In this document: in pieces, positions 38,561 through 47,303 of the stretch
Layout: each line of letters begins with the position of its first letter
Position numbering within the stretch: the stretch's first letter is position 1
From: Deferrisomatales bacterium
Lineage (GTDB): Bacteria; Desulfobacterota; Deferrisomatia; Deferrisomatales; JACRMM01
Length of the DNA: 64,000 bases
Direction of reading: 5' to 3'
Assembly (NCBI GenBank): GCA_033551855.1
Contig: JAWSUI010000012.1
Span: 1-64,000, forward strand
Position numbers and translations under genes: made by a program
Notes under the pieces: model-generated
Told to the model about the DNA's origin: nothing
Seen by the model: the letters and a program-made list of their open reading frames with translations, nothing else
The model's database searches: none

Positions 38561-39937
38561 TCACGACCCCAGCACCTCGCTCACCCTGCCCGTCAGCTCG
38601 CCGAAGCGGCGCTCGAAGGACATGCGGTTCCGGCTCGCGTTGCCTCCGAGGAACACGTGGGTTCCCTTGGCGTCCTCCTGGACCCGGGCCCACACCCTCC
38701 GGTGGCTGGCGAGGAACGCCACCACGCACCCCAGGGTGATGAGAAACGACCCGGCCCAGATGAGCGGGACACCGGGATCGTAGGCCACCTGGAGCCCCGT
38801 GTACCAGACCACGTCCACCTCCTCCAGCCGCACCGTGTAGTCCCCCAGGCGTCGCATGTTCCCCTGGGCCGCCTGGAAGACCACGATGGACTCGGGGGCC
38901 TGCCCCGGCCGCTCCAGGGCAACCTCCACGGCCGGCCCCATCCGCCGGAAGTCGCCGGTCAGGTCCCGGAGCAGGAGCCGCTCGCCCTCCTCCAGCTCGA
39001 CGCGCCCTCCCCGGGCCACGGTCTCGCGGTGCACGAGGATGTTGCGGCGGGGCCCGAAGACCGTGAGAACGGCCCACCGGCCCCCTCCCTGGCCGTAGGA
39101 GGCCTGGTAGAAGAAGATCCCCTGGTGGATGAGGGGGTCGTTGACCACGATGGTCTTCTGCACCGTCTCCTCGCCGTCCTCGATCACCACCAGGTCGCTC
39201 CGATAGGCCTTGGGCCGTCCGGTGGGCCTGCCCTCGGGATCGGTGTAGTACTCCAACTCGAACCTGTCGCAGCGCACGGCGAACCCCAGGTCGTGGAGGC
39301 CGCCGCTCCGGAGCTGGATCTGTTCCACGGTGGTACCTTCGGGGATCTGCACGAACCCCTTGAAACCCCACTGGGCGCCGACGAGCGCCCCCACGGCGAA
39401 GAGAAACAGGCTCGCGTGGGTCGCGTAGACCCCCATGCGGCTCCAGGCCTGCTTGGAGGCGAAGAGGTAGATCTTTCCGTCCACCTCCTTGCGCTCCACC
39501 TTGCCGACCCGCTCGGCCAACACCTGGGAAACCGCCTCCGCGGCCTCCGCCGCGGAGCGGCCCTTGACCCGGTGCTCCCACCGCTCCTGGATCGCCACCG
39601 GGCGGCCGTCGAAGACCGGGTCCCGGTCCCGCATCAGACGGATGGCTTGGGGCAGGCGCCGGATCGAGCAGACCGTGATGTTCACCAGCAGCAGGAGCAG
39701 CAGCAACTGGAACCACCACGAGTGGTACATGTCGCTCAGGTTCAGGACTTCGATGATCCGGGCCACCGTGGGGCCATACGTCTGCACGTAGACCGCGGGG
39801 TCCTTTTCCTGCTGGATCACGGTGCCGAAGATGCTCGTCACCGCCAGGGTGATGAGCACCACGATGCTGAGCTTGATCGAGGAAAAGAAGTCCTTCAGTT
39901 CCTTGAGCAGCCCCTTCTTGGGCGTTTCCGTTCCCAT
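38561..39937 (-). CDS. resB: Cytochrome c biogenesis protein ResB
   Basis: FSSIKL, GTVIQQ, DMYHSWWF, CSIRR, YATH, VNDPL, YQASYG, TGLQVAYDPG. Confidence 0.93.
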   Translation of the reverse strand: MGTETPKKGLLKELKDFFSSIKLSIVVLITLAVTSIFGTVIQQEKDPAVYVQTYGPTVARIIEVLNLSDMYHSWWFQLLLLLLLVNITVCSIRRLPQAIRLMRDRDPVFDGRPVAIQERWEHRVKGRSAAEAAEAVSQVLAERVGKVERKEVDGKIYLFASKQAWSRMGVYATHASLFLFAVGALVGAQWGFKGFVQIPEGTTVEQIQLRSGGLHDLGFAVRCDRFELEYYTDPEGRPTGRPKAYRSDLVVIEDGEETVQKTIVVNDPLIHQGIFFYQASYGQGGGRWAVLTVFGPRRNILVHRETVARGGRVELEEGERLLLRDLTGDFRRMGPAVEVALERPGQAPESIVVFQAAQGNMRRLGDYTVRLEEVDVVWYTGLQVAYDPGVPLIWAGSFLITLGCVVAFLASHRRVWARVQEDAKGTHVFLGGNASRNRMSFERRFGELTGRVSEVLGS

Positions 39938-40107
39938 GTCGTTCGTCCTCCGGTGACGCCGGAGGCGCGCCCTCTCCCCCGGACCGGGGTCCGAGGGCAG
40001 GCCGCGCTCCGGCGACGGCTTGCGGTCCTGCTCCCTTGTATCCTATGGCTTCGACCGGCGGGGCCCCACCTCGGGGCCCTCCGGCTCTCACAGTCCGTGA
40101 AGCAACC

Positions 40108-40232
40108 TGGTTCTGTTTCGAGCTGTGTGGGTTTCCACCGGGCCCCCGGTCTCGGCGACGGACCCGTAGGGTGGGCACTGCCACCGCAACCAAGCCCCAC
40201 GACCGGAAACCGGTGGGCCCTACCCACCCTAC
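40108..40232. repeat. 58-bp dispersed repeat (inverted copy 54323-54380) fused to a GTAG REP doublet
   Basis: TGGTTCTGTTTCGA.CTGTGTGGGTTTCCA.CGGGCCCCCG.TCTCGGCGA.GGACCC is shared. Confidence 0.88.
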
Positions 40233-40304
40233 CTACCGCCGCCCCTCGGCCAGTCTCGTCGCTCCTTTACGCGCCTGTGCTCGGGTCTGCTCACCACGAT
40301 TTCT

Positions 40305-42098
40305 TCACAACTCACGGTGGCACTGGAGGCACCGTCCCGCCTCCCGCCGGGCGGCCGGCTCCCCGTACCCCTCCTCGACCTCTCCGAAGCCGCCCCGACG
40401 GACGTCCACGGGCAGCCGGGGCATCTCCTCCCGGACCCGGGCCGCCGCCGTCTCCCGGTGCCCGGGGAAGGGCCTCCGGAGCCTCCGGTCCGCCAGGCGC
40501 TCGGCCGGGAGCTCCTCGGGGGCACACGCGGCATACAGGGCCAGGGCCGCCCGGCGCCCCTGGAACATCGCCTCCACCGCCGTGGCCGCCCCCAGCACGG
40601 CGTCGCCCCCGGCGTAGACCCGCTCCAGCGTGGTCCGCTGGGTGCGCGCCTCCGCCCAGACCCTCCCGTCCGGGAGCCGGCGAAGGCCTTGGAGCGCCGG
40701 GTCGTCGAAGAGGTCTCCGCCCACCCGCTGCCCCAGCGCCGCCACCAGCGCGTCCACCCCCAGGGTCCAGCCCTCCTCCCCCTCCACCAGGACCGGGGGG
40801 GCGTGCCGGGAGCCGCTCCGGGGCCCCGGCCGGGTCCGGCGGAGCAACAACTCCCCACCGCCCCCTGCCGTGGGGAGGTAACGGTCCGGCGCCGCCTGGA
40901 AGTGGAAGCGGACGCCCTCCCGGGCGGCCTCCGCCACCTCGTCGGCCCGGGCCGGCATCTCCTCCCGGGTCCTCCGGTAGATCAAGTGCACCTCCCCGGC
41001 CCCGGTGCGCAGGGCGGTCCGACACACGTCCACGGCGGCGTCACCCCCCCCGACCACGGCGACCCGCTCCCCGAGCGGGAGGGGGGATCCCCCCTTGGCG
41101 CCCCGCAGCACGTCCTGAAAGTCCAGGGCCGCCTCCGCCCCGGGGATCTGGAGCCCGACGGACCGCTGGGCCCCCACGGCCAGGAAGAGGGCACGGTGCT
41201 CCTCGAGGAGCTCCCCGATCCCCCTGCCGCCGGGGCCGATCCGGCACCCGGTCCGGATGTCGATCCCCCGCGCCCGCAGGGCCTCGAGCTCCCCCTCGAG
41301 GACCCTGCCCGGCAACCGGTACTCGGGGATCGACCAGGCCAGCCGCCCCCCGGGTCTCTCGTCCGCCTCGTACACCGTCACCGAGGCCCCGAGGACGCTC
41401 AGATAGTAGGCGCACGACAAGCCGGCCGGCCCCGAGCCCACGATCCCGACGCTGGGGCCCGCCCCCCCCCTCCCGCCCCGTCCCCCGTGGGAATCCAGCG
41501 GCGGCCCCCGTTGCCCGTCCGCCAGGAACCGCTTGCAGCCGTTGATGGAGATCGGCTGGCCGTCGATCCCTCGGAGGCAGCGCTCCTCGCAGGGCTGGTG
41601 GCAGATGCGGCCGATCACCCCGACGAGGGGGATCCGCGTCTGGATGAGCGCGTACCCCTGCTCGTCCTCACCTTCGCGGGCGAGCTCGAGGTAGTCCGGG
41701 ACGTCCACGCCCGCGGGGCAGGCGGCCCGGCACGGTGCCACGGGCTCCGTCGGCCCCCGAAAGGCGTCCAGAGCCGCAAGGGCCGCCACGAAGAGCACGG
41801 CTGCGACCGCGAAGACGTGCCCGTGGCCGAGGGGGGTCGCGACCACCGCCGCCAGGGCCAGGACGAGGAGCGGGAGGGCCGCCAGCAGGGCCCCGGTGAG
41901 GGGCCGGCGCCGATACCACTGCCCCAACCCGGGCAGGAAGGCCGAGAGGAGCGCCGCCCGGCGACGGGCCCCCGCCCCGTCCGCGATCTCCCGGAGGAGG
42001 CGGTCCCGGCCCCGCAGCCTGCCTCGGCAGGTGCGGCACCGGGGGGCCTCAGCCTTATTTTCGACGCGGCACAGGCCGCAGTCCCAGTGCTGCTCCAT
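40305..42098 (-). CDS. GltD/SudA-like Fe-S flavoprotein with N-terminal zinc ribbon and TM helices
   Basis: WDCGLC..CRTC, LPGLGQWY, PCRAACP, GRICHQPCEERC, GSGPAG, GGGDAAVD, EAGRCLQC. Confidence 0.85.
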   Translation of the reverse strand: MEQHWDCGLCRVENKAEAPRCRTCRGRLRGRDRLLREIADGAGARRRAALLSAFLPGLGQWYRRRPLTGALLAALPLLVLALAAVVATPLGHGHVFAVAAVLFVAALAALDAFRGPTEPVAPCRAACPAGVDVPDYLELAREGEDEQGYALIQTRIPLVGVIGRICHQPCEERCLRGIDGQPISINGCKRFLADGQRGPPLDSHGGRGGRGGAGPSVGIVGSGPAGLSCAYYLSVLGASVTVYEADERPGGRLAWSIPEYRLPGRVLEGELEALRARGIDIRTGCRIGPGGRGIGELLEEHRALFLAVGAQRSVGLQIPGAEAALDFQDVLRGAKGGSPLPLGERVAVVGGGDAAVDVCRTALRTGAGEVHLIYRRTREEMPARADEVAEAAREGVRFHFQAAPDRYLPTAGGGGELLLRRTRPGPRSGSRHAPPVLVEGEEGWTLGVDALVAALGQRVGGDLFDDPALQGLRRLPDGRVWAEARTQRTTLERVYAGGDAVLGAATAVEAMFQGRRAALALYAACAPEELPAERLADRRLRRPFPGHRETAAARVREEMPRLPVDVRRGGFGEVEEGYGEPAARREAGRCLQCHREL

Positions 42099-42196
42099 GG
42101 GCTTCCGAACCGTCCAGGGGGGCGGGCACGGGTGTCCCGAGCACCCCGCGACCCCCGCCATCCTACCCCGCGGGGTGGCCGTACATCATCGGAAAC

Positions 42197-42982
42197 TCAG
42201 TACTTTTCCACATAGGCGTACGCGTTGTGGTTGTGGATGCTTTCGAAGTTCTCCGCCTCCACCGAGAACCACGTCACGTTGGGATCCTTGAGGAGCATCT
42301 GGGCGACGTCGCGCACGATGTCCTCGACGAACTTCGGGTTGTTGTAGGCCTTCTCCGTGACGTACTTCTCGTCCGAGCGCTTCAGCAGGCTGTACACCTC
42401 GGCCGAGGCGCGACCCTCCACCATGCGCACCAGGTCCTCGATCCAGACGAACTCGGAGAACCGCACGTTCACGGTCACCTCCGAGCGCTGGTTATGCGCC
42501 CCCGCGGCGCTGATCGCCTTCGAGCAGGGGCAGACGCTGGTGACCGGCACCTTCACCTGCACGAGCAGGTCGTACTCTCCCTCCCGGATCGAGCCCTTCA
42601 GGGAGCATTGGTAGGACATGATCGACGTCTCGCGGCTCACCGGGGCACGCTTCTCCATGAAGTAGGGGAAGCAGATCTCCAGGTGGGCCGACACGGCGTC
42701 GAGCTTCTCGCGGATCTTCTCCAGGATCTGGGGGAGGCTGCGCACGGTGATGCCGTGCCGGTACTCGTTGAGCACCTCCACGAAGCGGCTCATGTGGGTG
42801 CCCTTGAAGTGGTGCGGCAGGCTCACGTACATGTTCACCCGGGCGACCGTGTGCTGCTCCCCGTGGGTCTTGTCGAGCACGGTCACCGGGTACGTGATGT
42901 TCTTGACCCCCACCTTGTCGATGGCGATCCGGCGATGGTCCCGGGAGTTCTGGAGGTCCTCGAGGGGCATGGGGTGCCGCAT
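42197..42982 (-). CDS. folE2: GTP cyclohydrolase FolE2
   Basis: IDKVGVK, KGTHMSRF, CPCSK, AHNQR, ESIHNHNA. Confidence 0.96.
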   Translation of the reverse strand: MRHPMPLEDLQNSRDHRRIAIDKVGVKNITYPVTVLDKTHGEQHTVARVNMYVSLPHHFKGTHMSRFVEVLNEYRHGITVRSLPQILEKIREKLDAVSAHLEICFPYFMEKRAPVSRETSIMSYQCSLKGSIREGEYDLLVQVKVPVTSVCPCSKAISAAGAHNQRSEVTVNVRFSEFVWIEDLVRMVEGRASAEVYSLLKRSDEKYVTEKAYNNPKFVEDIVRDVAQMLLKDPNVTWFSVEAENFESIHNHNAYAYVEKY

Positions 42983-43353
42983 CACCCGCGCAGGTAGCTC
43001 GCGCTTGCCTTGTCGCTCTCCCAGGCGGTGACCCGGTGCACCCACAGGCCTTCGCGCTCGATGAGGCGGGTGAGCTCCTCGAAGATGAACCGGGCGATGA
43101 TCTCGGACGAGGGGTTCTGGTCCCGGAAGGCCGGGTGCTCGTTCAGGTAGCCGTGGTCGAGCGTGTCGAGGACCTTGGCGGTGGCTCCCTTGAGCTCCTG
43201 GAAGTCGATGGCCAGGCCGGTGTCGTCGAGGCGGTCGGCCCGGACCACGACCTCCACCTTCCAGTTGTGCCCGTGGAGGGCCTCGCACTGCCCCTTGTAA
43301 CCACGCAGGTTGTGGGCTGCCGCAAACGAATCTTCGATCTTCAGCTCGTACAT
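42982..43353 (-). CDS. queD: 6-carboxytetrahydropterin synthase
   Basis: FAAAH.L, CEALHGHN, LDH..LN, PSSE, WES. Confidence 0.95.
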   Translation of the reverse strand: MYELKIEDSFAAAHNLRGYKGQCEALHGHNWKVEVVVRADRLDDTGLAIDFQELKGATAKVLDTLDHGYLNEHPAFRDQNPSSEIIARFIFEELTRLIEREGLWVHRVTAWESDKASASYLRG

Positions 43354-43492
43354 GTGCGCCGCGCTTCTCGTGCCGAGAGGAACAAGACGCGCAGGGTATC
43401 ATCGGCCCTGGATGCTTTCCAAGTATTTTCCCCGGCACGTCCCGTGACGCGTGACGGGTTGCATGCTCCGGGTTTCCGGTACGTCCCCCGTT

Positions 43493-43560
43493 CGTCCTCC
43501 GTCTTCATGCTCCGTTTCCCGTCTGCCGTCTTCCGATGTCTGTCTTCGGTCCTCAGCCCG
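43493..43560. repeat. Degenerate heptamer tract (CCGTCTT/CCGTCCT)
   Basis: Same family as 15190 and 23491. Confidence 0.65.
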
Positions 43561-43582
43561 TGCCCGCTTCCCGGGTCGCGGG

Positions 43583-44983
43583 TCAGTTGGCGCCCACCAG
43601 CAGCACCTGGACGTCCATGACGTTGGTCCGGGTGGGCCCTGTGAGCAGGAGGTCCCCCAGGGCGGCGAAGAGGGGGTAGCTGTCGTTCCCCTCCAGGTGC
43701 CGCCGGGGCTCGAGACCCAGCGCACGGGCCCGGGCTGCGGTGGCCTCGTCGCACACCGCGCCTGCGGCATCGGTGGGCCCATCGGTCCCATCGGTACCTC
43801 CGGAGAGACCGACGATCCCCGGGCAGCCCGCGAGCTCGAGGGCCAGGGCCAGGGCCAACTCCTGGTTCCTGCCCCCCTTTCCTTTCCCTCGCAGGGTCAC
43901 CGTGGTCTCCCCTCCGGCGAGGAGGCACGCCGGGGGGGAGACCGGCTCCCCGGAGGCCCGGCTCTCCACGGCGATCGCGGCGAGAAACCGGGCGGCCTCC
44001 CGGGCCTCGCCCTGGAGCCGGGAGCTCAGGATCAGCGGCCGGTAGCCCAGCTCCCGGGCCTTGACGGCCGCCGCCTCGAGGCTGAGGCGGTTGGACCCGA
44101 CCACGGCGTGCACCACCGCACCCAGGGCGGGATCCCCGGGCTTGGGGGTCTCGGCAAGCTCGCCCCGCTCCCCGGCCTCCAGGGCTCGGAGCACCGCAGG
44201 GGGCACCCGGGGGGTCAGGCGGTACCGTTCCAGGATCCCGCGGGCCTCCGAGAAGGTGCTGGGATCCGCCGTGAAAGGCCCGGAGGCGATGACGTCGAGG
44301 CGGTCCCCCACGACGTCGGAGAGCACGAGGTTCACGACCCGTGCCGGCTGGGCTGCGGCCGCCAGCCGGCCGCCCTTGACCTGGGAGAGGTGCTTCCGCA
44401 GCGCGTTGATCTGGCCGATGTCGGCCCCGCTCGCGAGCAGCAGGTCCGTCAGGGCACGCAGATCGTCGAGGCTCACCCCGGGCGCGGGCAGCGTCAGCAG
44501 GGCGGACCCCCCGCCGGAGAGGACCGAGAGGACCAGATCCCCTTCGCCCGCGCCCCTCACCAGGTCCAGGATCTGCTCCGCCGCGCGGACCCCCCGCTCG
44601 TCCGGCATCGGGTGGGCGGCCTCGAGAACCCGGACCCTCTCGAGGGGTGAGCCGTGCCCGTCCTTCACGCACACGACCCCGCCCCACACCTGCCCCTCCA
44701 GGATCTCCTCCACCGCCCGGGCCATGGGAGCCGCCCCCTTGCCCGCACCCACGACGATGACCCTCCCCCGCCCGGGCCGGGGCAGGGGCACGAAGACCTC
44801 GCCCGCCCCGGCGCGCACGGCCAGGCGGTCCCCGTCTCGGCGCAGGTGGGCGTGCACCGCCCGCCGCGGGTCCGCCGCATCGACCGCTGCGTGGAACACG
44901 GCGACCGCGTGCTCCCGGAGGTTCAGCCCTCCGGGATGGGGTTCACCACCACGCCCCCCTCTGCGATCTTGCGTTCGATCCAT
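43583..44983 (-). CDS. Glycerate kinase class II (TtuD/MOFRL); start uncertain
   Basis: GAGKGA, SGGGSAL, LSQVKGG, GGETTV, GGRNQE, TGPTRTNVMD. Confidence 0.93.
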   Translation of the reverse strand: MDRTQDRRGGRGGEPHPGGLNLREHAVAVFHAAVDAADPRRAVHAHLRRDGDRLAVRAGAGEVFVPLPRPGRGRVIVVGAGKGAAPMARAVEEILEGQVWGGVVCVKDGHGSPLERVRVLEAAHPMPDERGVRAAEQILDLVRGAGEGDLVLSVLSGGGSALLTLPAPGVSLDDLRALTDLLLASGADIGQINALRKHLSQVKGGRLAAAAQPARVVNLVLSDVVGDRLDVIASGPFTADPSTFSEARGILERYRLTPRVPPAVLRALEAGERGELAETPKPGDPALGAVVHAVVGSNRLSLEAAAVKARELGYRPLILSSRLQGEAREAARFLAAIAVESRASGEPVSPPACLLAGGETTVTLRGKGKGGRNQELALALALELAGCPGIVGLSGGTDGTDGPTDAAGAVCDEATAARARALGLEPRRHLEGNDSYPLFAALGDLLLTGPTRTNVMDVQVLLVGAN

Positions 44984-45555
44984 TGCTCGAGCTCCCGTTG
45001 GAATGCGCTCTCCGCCAGGCGGGCCCTCACCTCGTCCCGGACCTCGTCCAGCGGCCTCCCGCCGAAATCCTCGGCCTCCGTCGCGTAGGCCGCCCGGACG
45101 TCCCGCTCGGGAACAAAGGTCATCTCTCGCCGGAAGGAAAGAAACTGCTCCGCGACCAATTGGCGCCGCACCCGCTCCGCCACCTGCGCCCGGCCCACAC
45201 CGTATCGGGCCAGGCTCTCCCACTCCGCCTCCCCCCACGCCGCGACCAAGACGGCAGCCTGGTGGGCCGCGCTCTCTGCATCGACGGTGAGGCGCAGCCT
45301 CTCGGCCTCCGCATAGAGCAGCTCGCGGCGCAACAGCTCATCTCGGACCCGAAGCGCGGAGGGCTGCGCCTCGGCCCCCTTCTCCACCCGCTGGACCTCC
45401 GCCTCCTGGAGCACATGGCTCCAGGTGATCACCCGGCTTCCCACCCGGACGGCGATAAAGTCGAGCAACTGGGCGGCCGAGGGGGCCACTCCCCAGCCCA
45501 GGAGGACGAGGAGGGCCGCGATCGTCCGCCCCACGGCGCAGCCGTGCCCCCTCAC
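44923..45555 (-). CDS. SurA N-terminal-like periplasmic chaperone
   Basis: Signal peptide; LLDFIAVRVGSRVITWS; PLDEVRDEV. Confidence 0.65.
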   Translation of the reverse strand: MRGHGCAVGRTIAALLVLLGWGVAPSAAQLLDFIAVRVGSRVITWSHVLQEAEVQRVEKGAEAQPSALRVRDELLRRELLYAEAERLRLTVDAESAAHQAAVLVAAWGEAEWESLARYGVGRAQVAERVRRQLVAEQFLSFRREMTFVPERDVRAAYATEAEDFGGRPLDEVRDEVRARLAESAFQRELEQWIERKIAEGGVVVNPIPEG

Positions 45556-46556
45556 CGCCCCCCTCCCCCCCCCTGATGCCGGAGCACGTGCTGCCGGTGC
45601 TCGTCGTAGGTGATGGAAAACACGTGGGTCCCGTCGTTGCGGCTCACGAAGAAGAGGAACGGCACCGGGGCCGGCCGGAGGGCGGCCTCGAGGCTGGCTC
45701 GGCCCGGGCTGGCGATGGGGCCCGGCGGAAGCCCCGGGCGCGTGTACGTGTTGTAGGGGGTGTCGGTCTGCAGGTGAACCCGGCGGAGCCGCCCCTCGAG
45801 CCCCTCGACCCCGTAGATCACCGTGGGGTCGCTCTGGAGCCGCATCCCGCGAGTCAGGCGGTTGTGGAAGACGGCGGACACCAGGCTCCGCTCTTCCGGC
45901 GCACCGGTCTCCTTCTCCACGATGGAGGCCAGGGTCACCCAGGCGCCCAGGTCCAGCCCCGCGGCCTCGGCCTCCGCCGTCAGGGGTGCCGTCACCTCCC
46001 GGAACCGGAGGATGAGGGCCTCCGCCACCGTCTCGGGCTCGAGCCCCCGGGCGAACCGGTAGGTGTCGGGGAAGAGGTACCCCTCGAGAGTGGGCCCCGG
46101 AAGGCCCCAGCGGGCCGGCGCCTCGGGGTCCCGCGCCAGGCGCAGGAAGGGCTCCGCCTCCAGGATGCCGGCACTCTCCAGGGCCGCCGCGATCTCCCTC
46201 AGGTTGGACCCCTCGGGGAGGGTGACCGCCACCAGCTCCACCCGCCCTGCCTCCAGGTCGGCGAACACGTCGACGAGCCGCACCGGGGCCGCGAAGGAGT
46301 AAGTGCCGGCCTTGAGGCGGTCGGGCCGCCCCCAGACCCGGAGCCCCAACCGGGTTCCCTGCTCCCAGGACCCCAGCCCGGCCTCCGTGAGGAGCCGCGC
46401 CACCGTTCCCCCCCCGGCCCCGGCGGGGATCTCCACCCGCACGGTCCCCGCGCCCACGGGAGTGTGCACGTACTGGGCCAGGCGCAGCGGGGCCAGCACC
46501 GCCAGGACGAGGAGCGCCCAGGCGGTCATCCAAGCGCCCCGGGCAAGAATCGACAT
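45552..46556 (-). CDS. mltG: Endolytic transglycosylase MltG
   Basis: LEGYLFPDTY, ASIVEKE, LQSDPTV, GLPPGPI. Confidence 0.96.
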   Translation of the reverse strand: MSILARGAWMTAWALLVLAVLAPLRLAQYVHTPVGAGTVRVEIPAGAGGGTVARLLTEAGLGSWEQGTRLGLRVWGRPDRLKAGTYSFAAPVRLVDVFADLEAGRVELVAVTLPEGSNLREIAAALESAGILEAEPFLRLARDPEAPARWGLPGPTLEGYLFPDTYRFARGLEPETVAEALILRFREVTAPLTAEAEAAGLDLGAWVTLASIVEKETGAPEERSLVSAVFHNRLTRGMRLQSDPTVIYGVEGLEGRLRRVHLQTDTPYNTYTRPGLPPGPIASPGRASLEAALRPAPVPFLFFVSRNDGTHVFSITYDEHRQHVLRHQGGGGGR

Positions 46557-47303
46557 CTACCGGGTCAGCCAGTTCTTCACGAAGTACCAGGTCGTCGCCC
46601 GGTTCAGGTCGGCGATGGCGGTGGTCAAGGGCACCTCCTTCGGGCACGCCTTCACGCAGTTCTGGGCGTTGCCGCACTCGGTGATCCCCCCGTCACCCAT
46701 GATCGCTTCCAGGCGCTCCTCCGCCAGGGCCTTCCCGATGGGGGAGATGTTGAAGTAGAGGGCCTGGGCCAGGGGAGCGGGGCCCATGAAATTCGCCCGG
46801 GCGTTCACCTGGGGGCACGCCTCCATGCAGCACCCGCAGGTCATGCACCGGCTCAGGCGGTACCCGAACTGCCGGCGCTTTTCCATCAGGCGGGGGCCGG
46901 GGCCGAGGTTGTGGGTGCCGTCGACCGGGACCCACCCCTTGATCCGCTTGAGGCTCTCGAACATGGCGCCGCGGTCCACCATCAGATCCCGCACCAGGGG
47001 AAACTTGGACAGGGGCTCGAGGACGATGGGCTCGGTCAGGTCGTCCACCAGGGCCGTGCAGGCCTGGCGGGCCCGCCCGTTGACCACCATGGAGCAGGCC
47101 CCGCACACCTCCTCGAGGCAGTTGCAGTCCCACACCACCGGGGTGGTGGGCCGGCCCGCCGCGTCCACGGGCTCCCGCTGAAGGTGCTGGAGGCAGGTGA
47201 TCACGTTCATGTGGGCGACGCGCGGGATCTCGAACTCCTCCCACTGCGACGCGGCCCCCGGGCCCTCCTGGCGTCGGATGCGCAGCCGCACGGTCCGGCC
47301 CAT
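46557..47303 (-). CDS. sdhB: Succinate dehydrogenase/fumarate reductase Fe-S subunit
   Basis: CLEEVCGAC, CMTCGCCMEACP, CGNAQNCVKACP. Confidence 0.96.
   Translation of the reverse strand: MGRTVRLRIRRQEGPGAASQWEEFEIPRVAHMNVITCLQHLQREPVDAAGRPTTPVVWDCNCLEEVCGACSMVVNGRARQACTALVDDLTEPIVLEPLSKFPLVRDLMVDRGAMFESLKRIKGWVPVDGTHNLGPGPRLMEKRRQFGYRLSRCMTCGCCMEACPQVNARANFMGPAPLAQALYFNISPIGKALAEERLEAIMGDGGITECGNAQNCVKACPKEVPLTTAIADLNRATTWYFVKNWLTR

Noticed and set aside
38270..41545. 1091-aa plus-strand ORF
   Set aside because: Pro/Arg/Gly-rich shadow of minus-strand genes in high-GC DNA.
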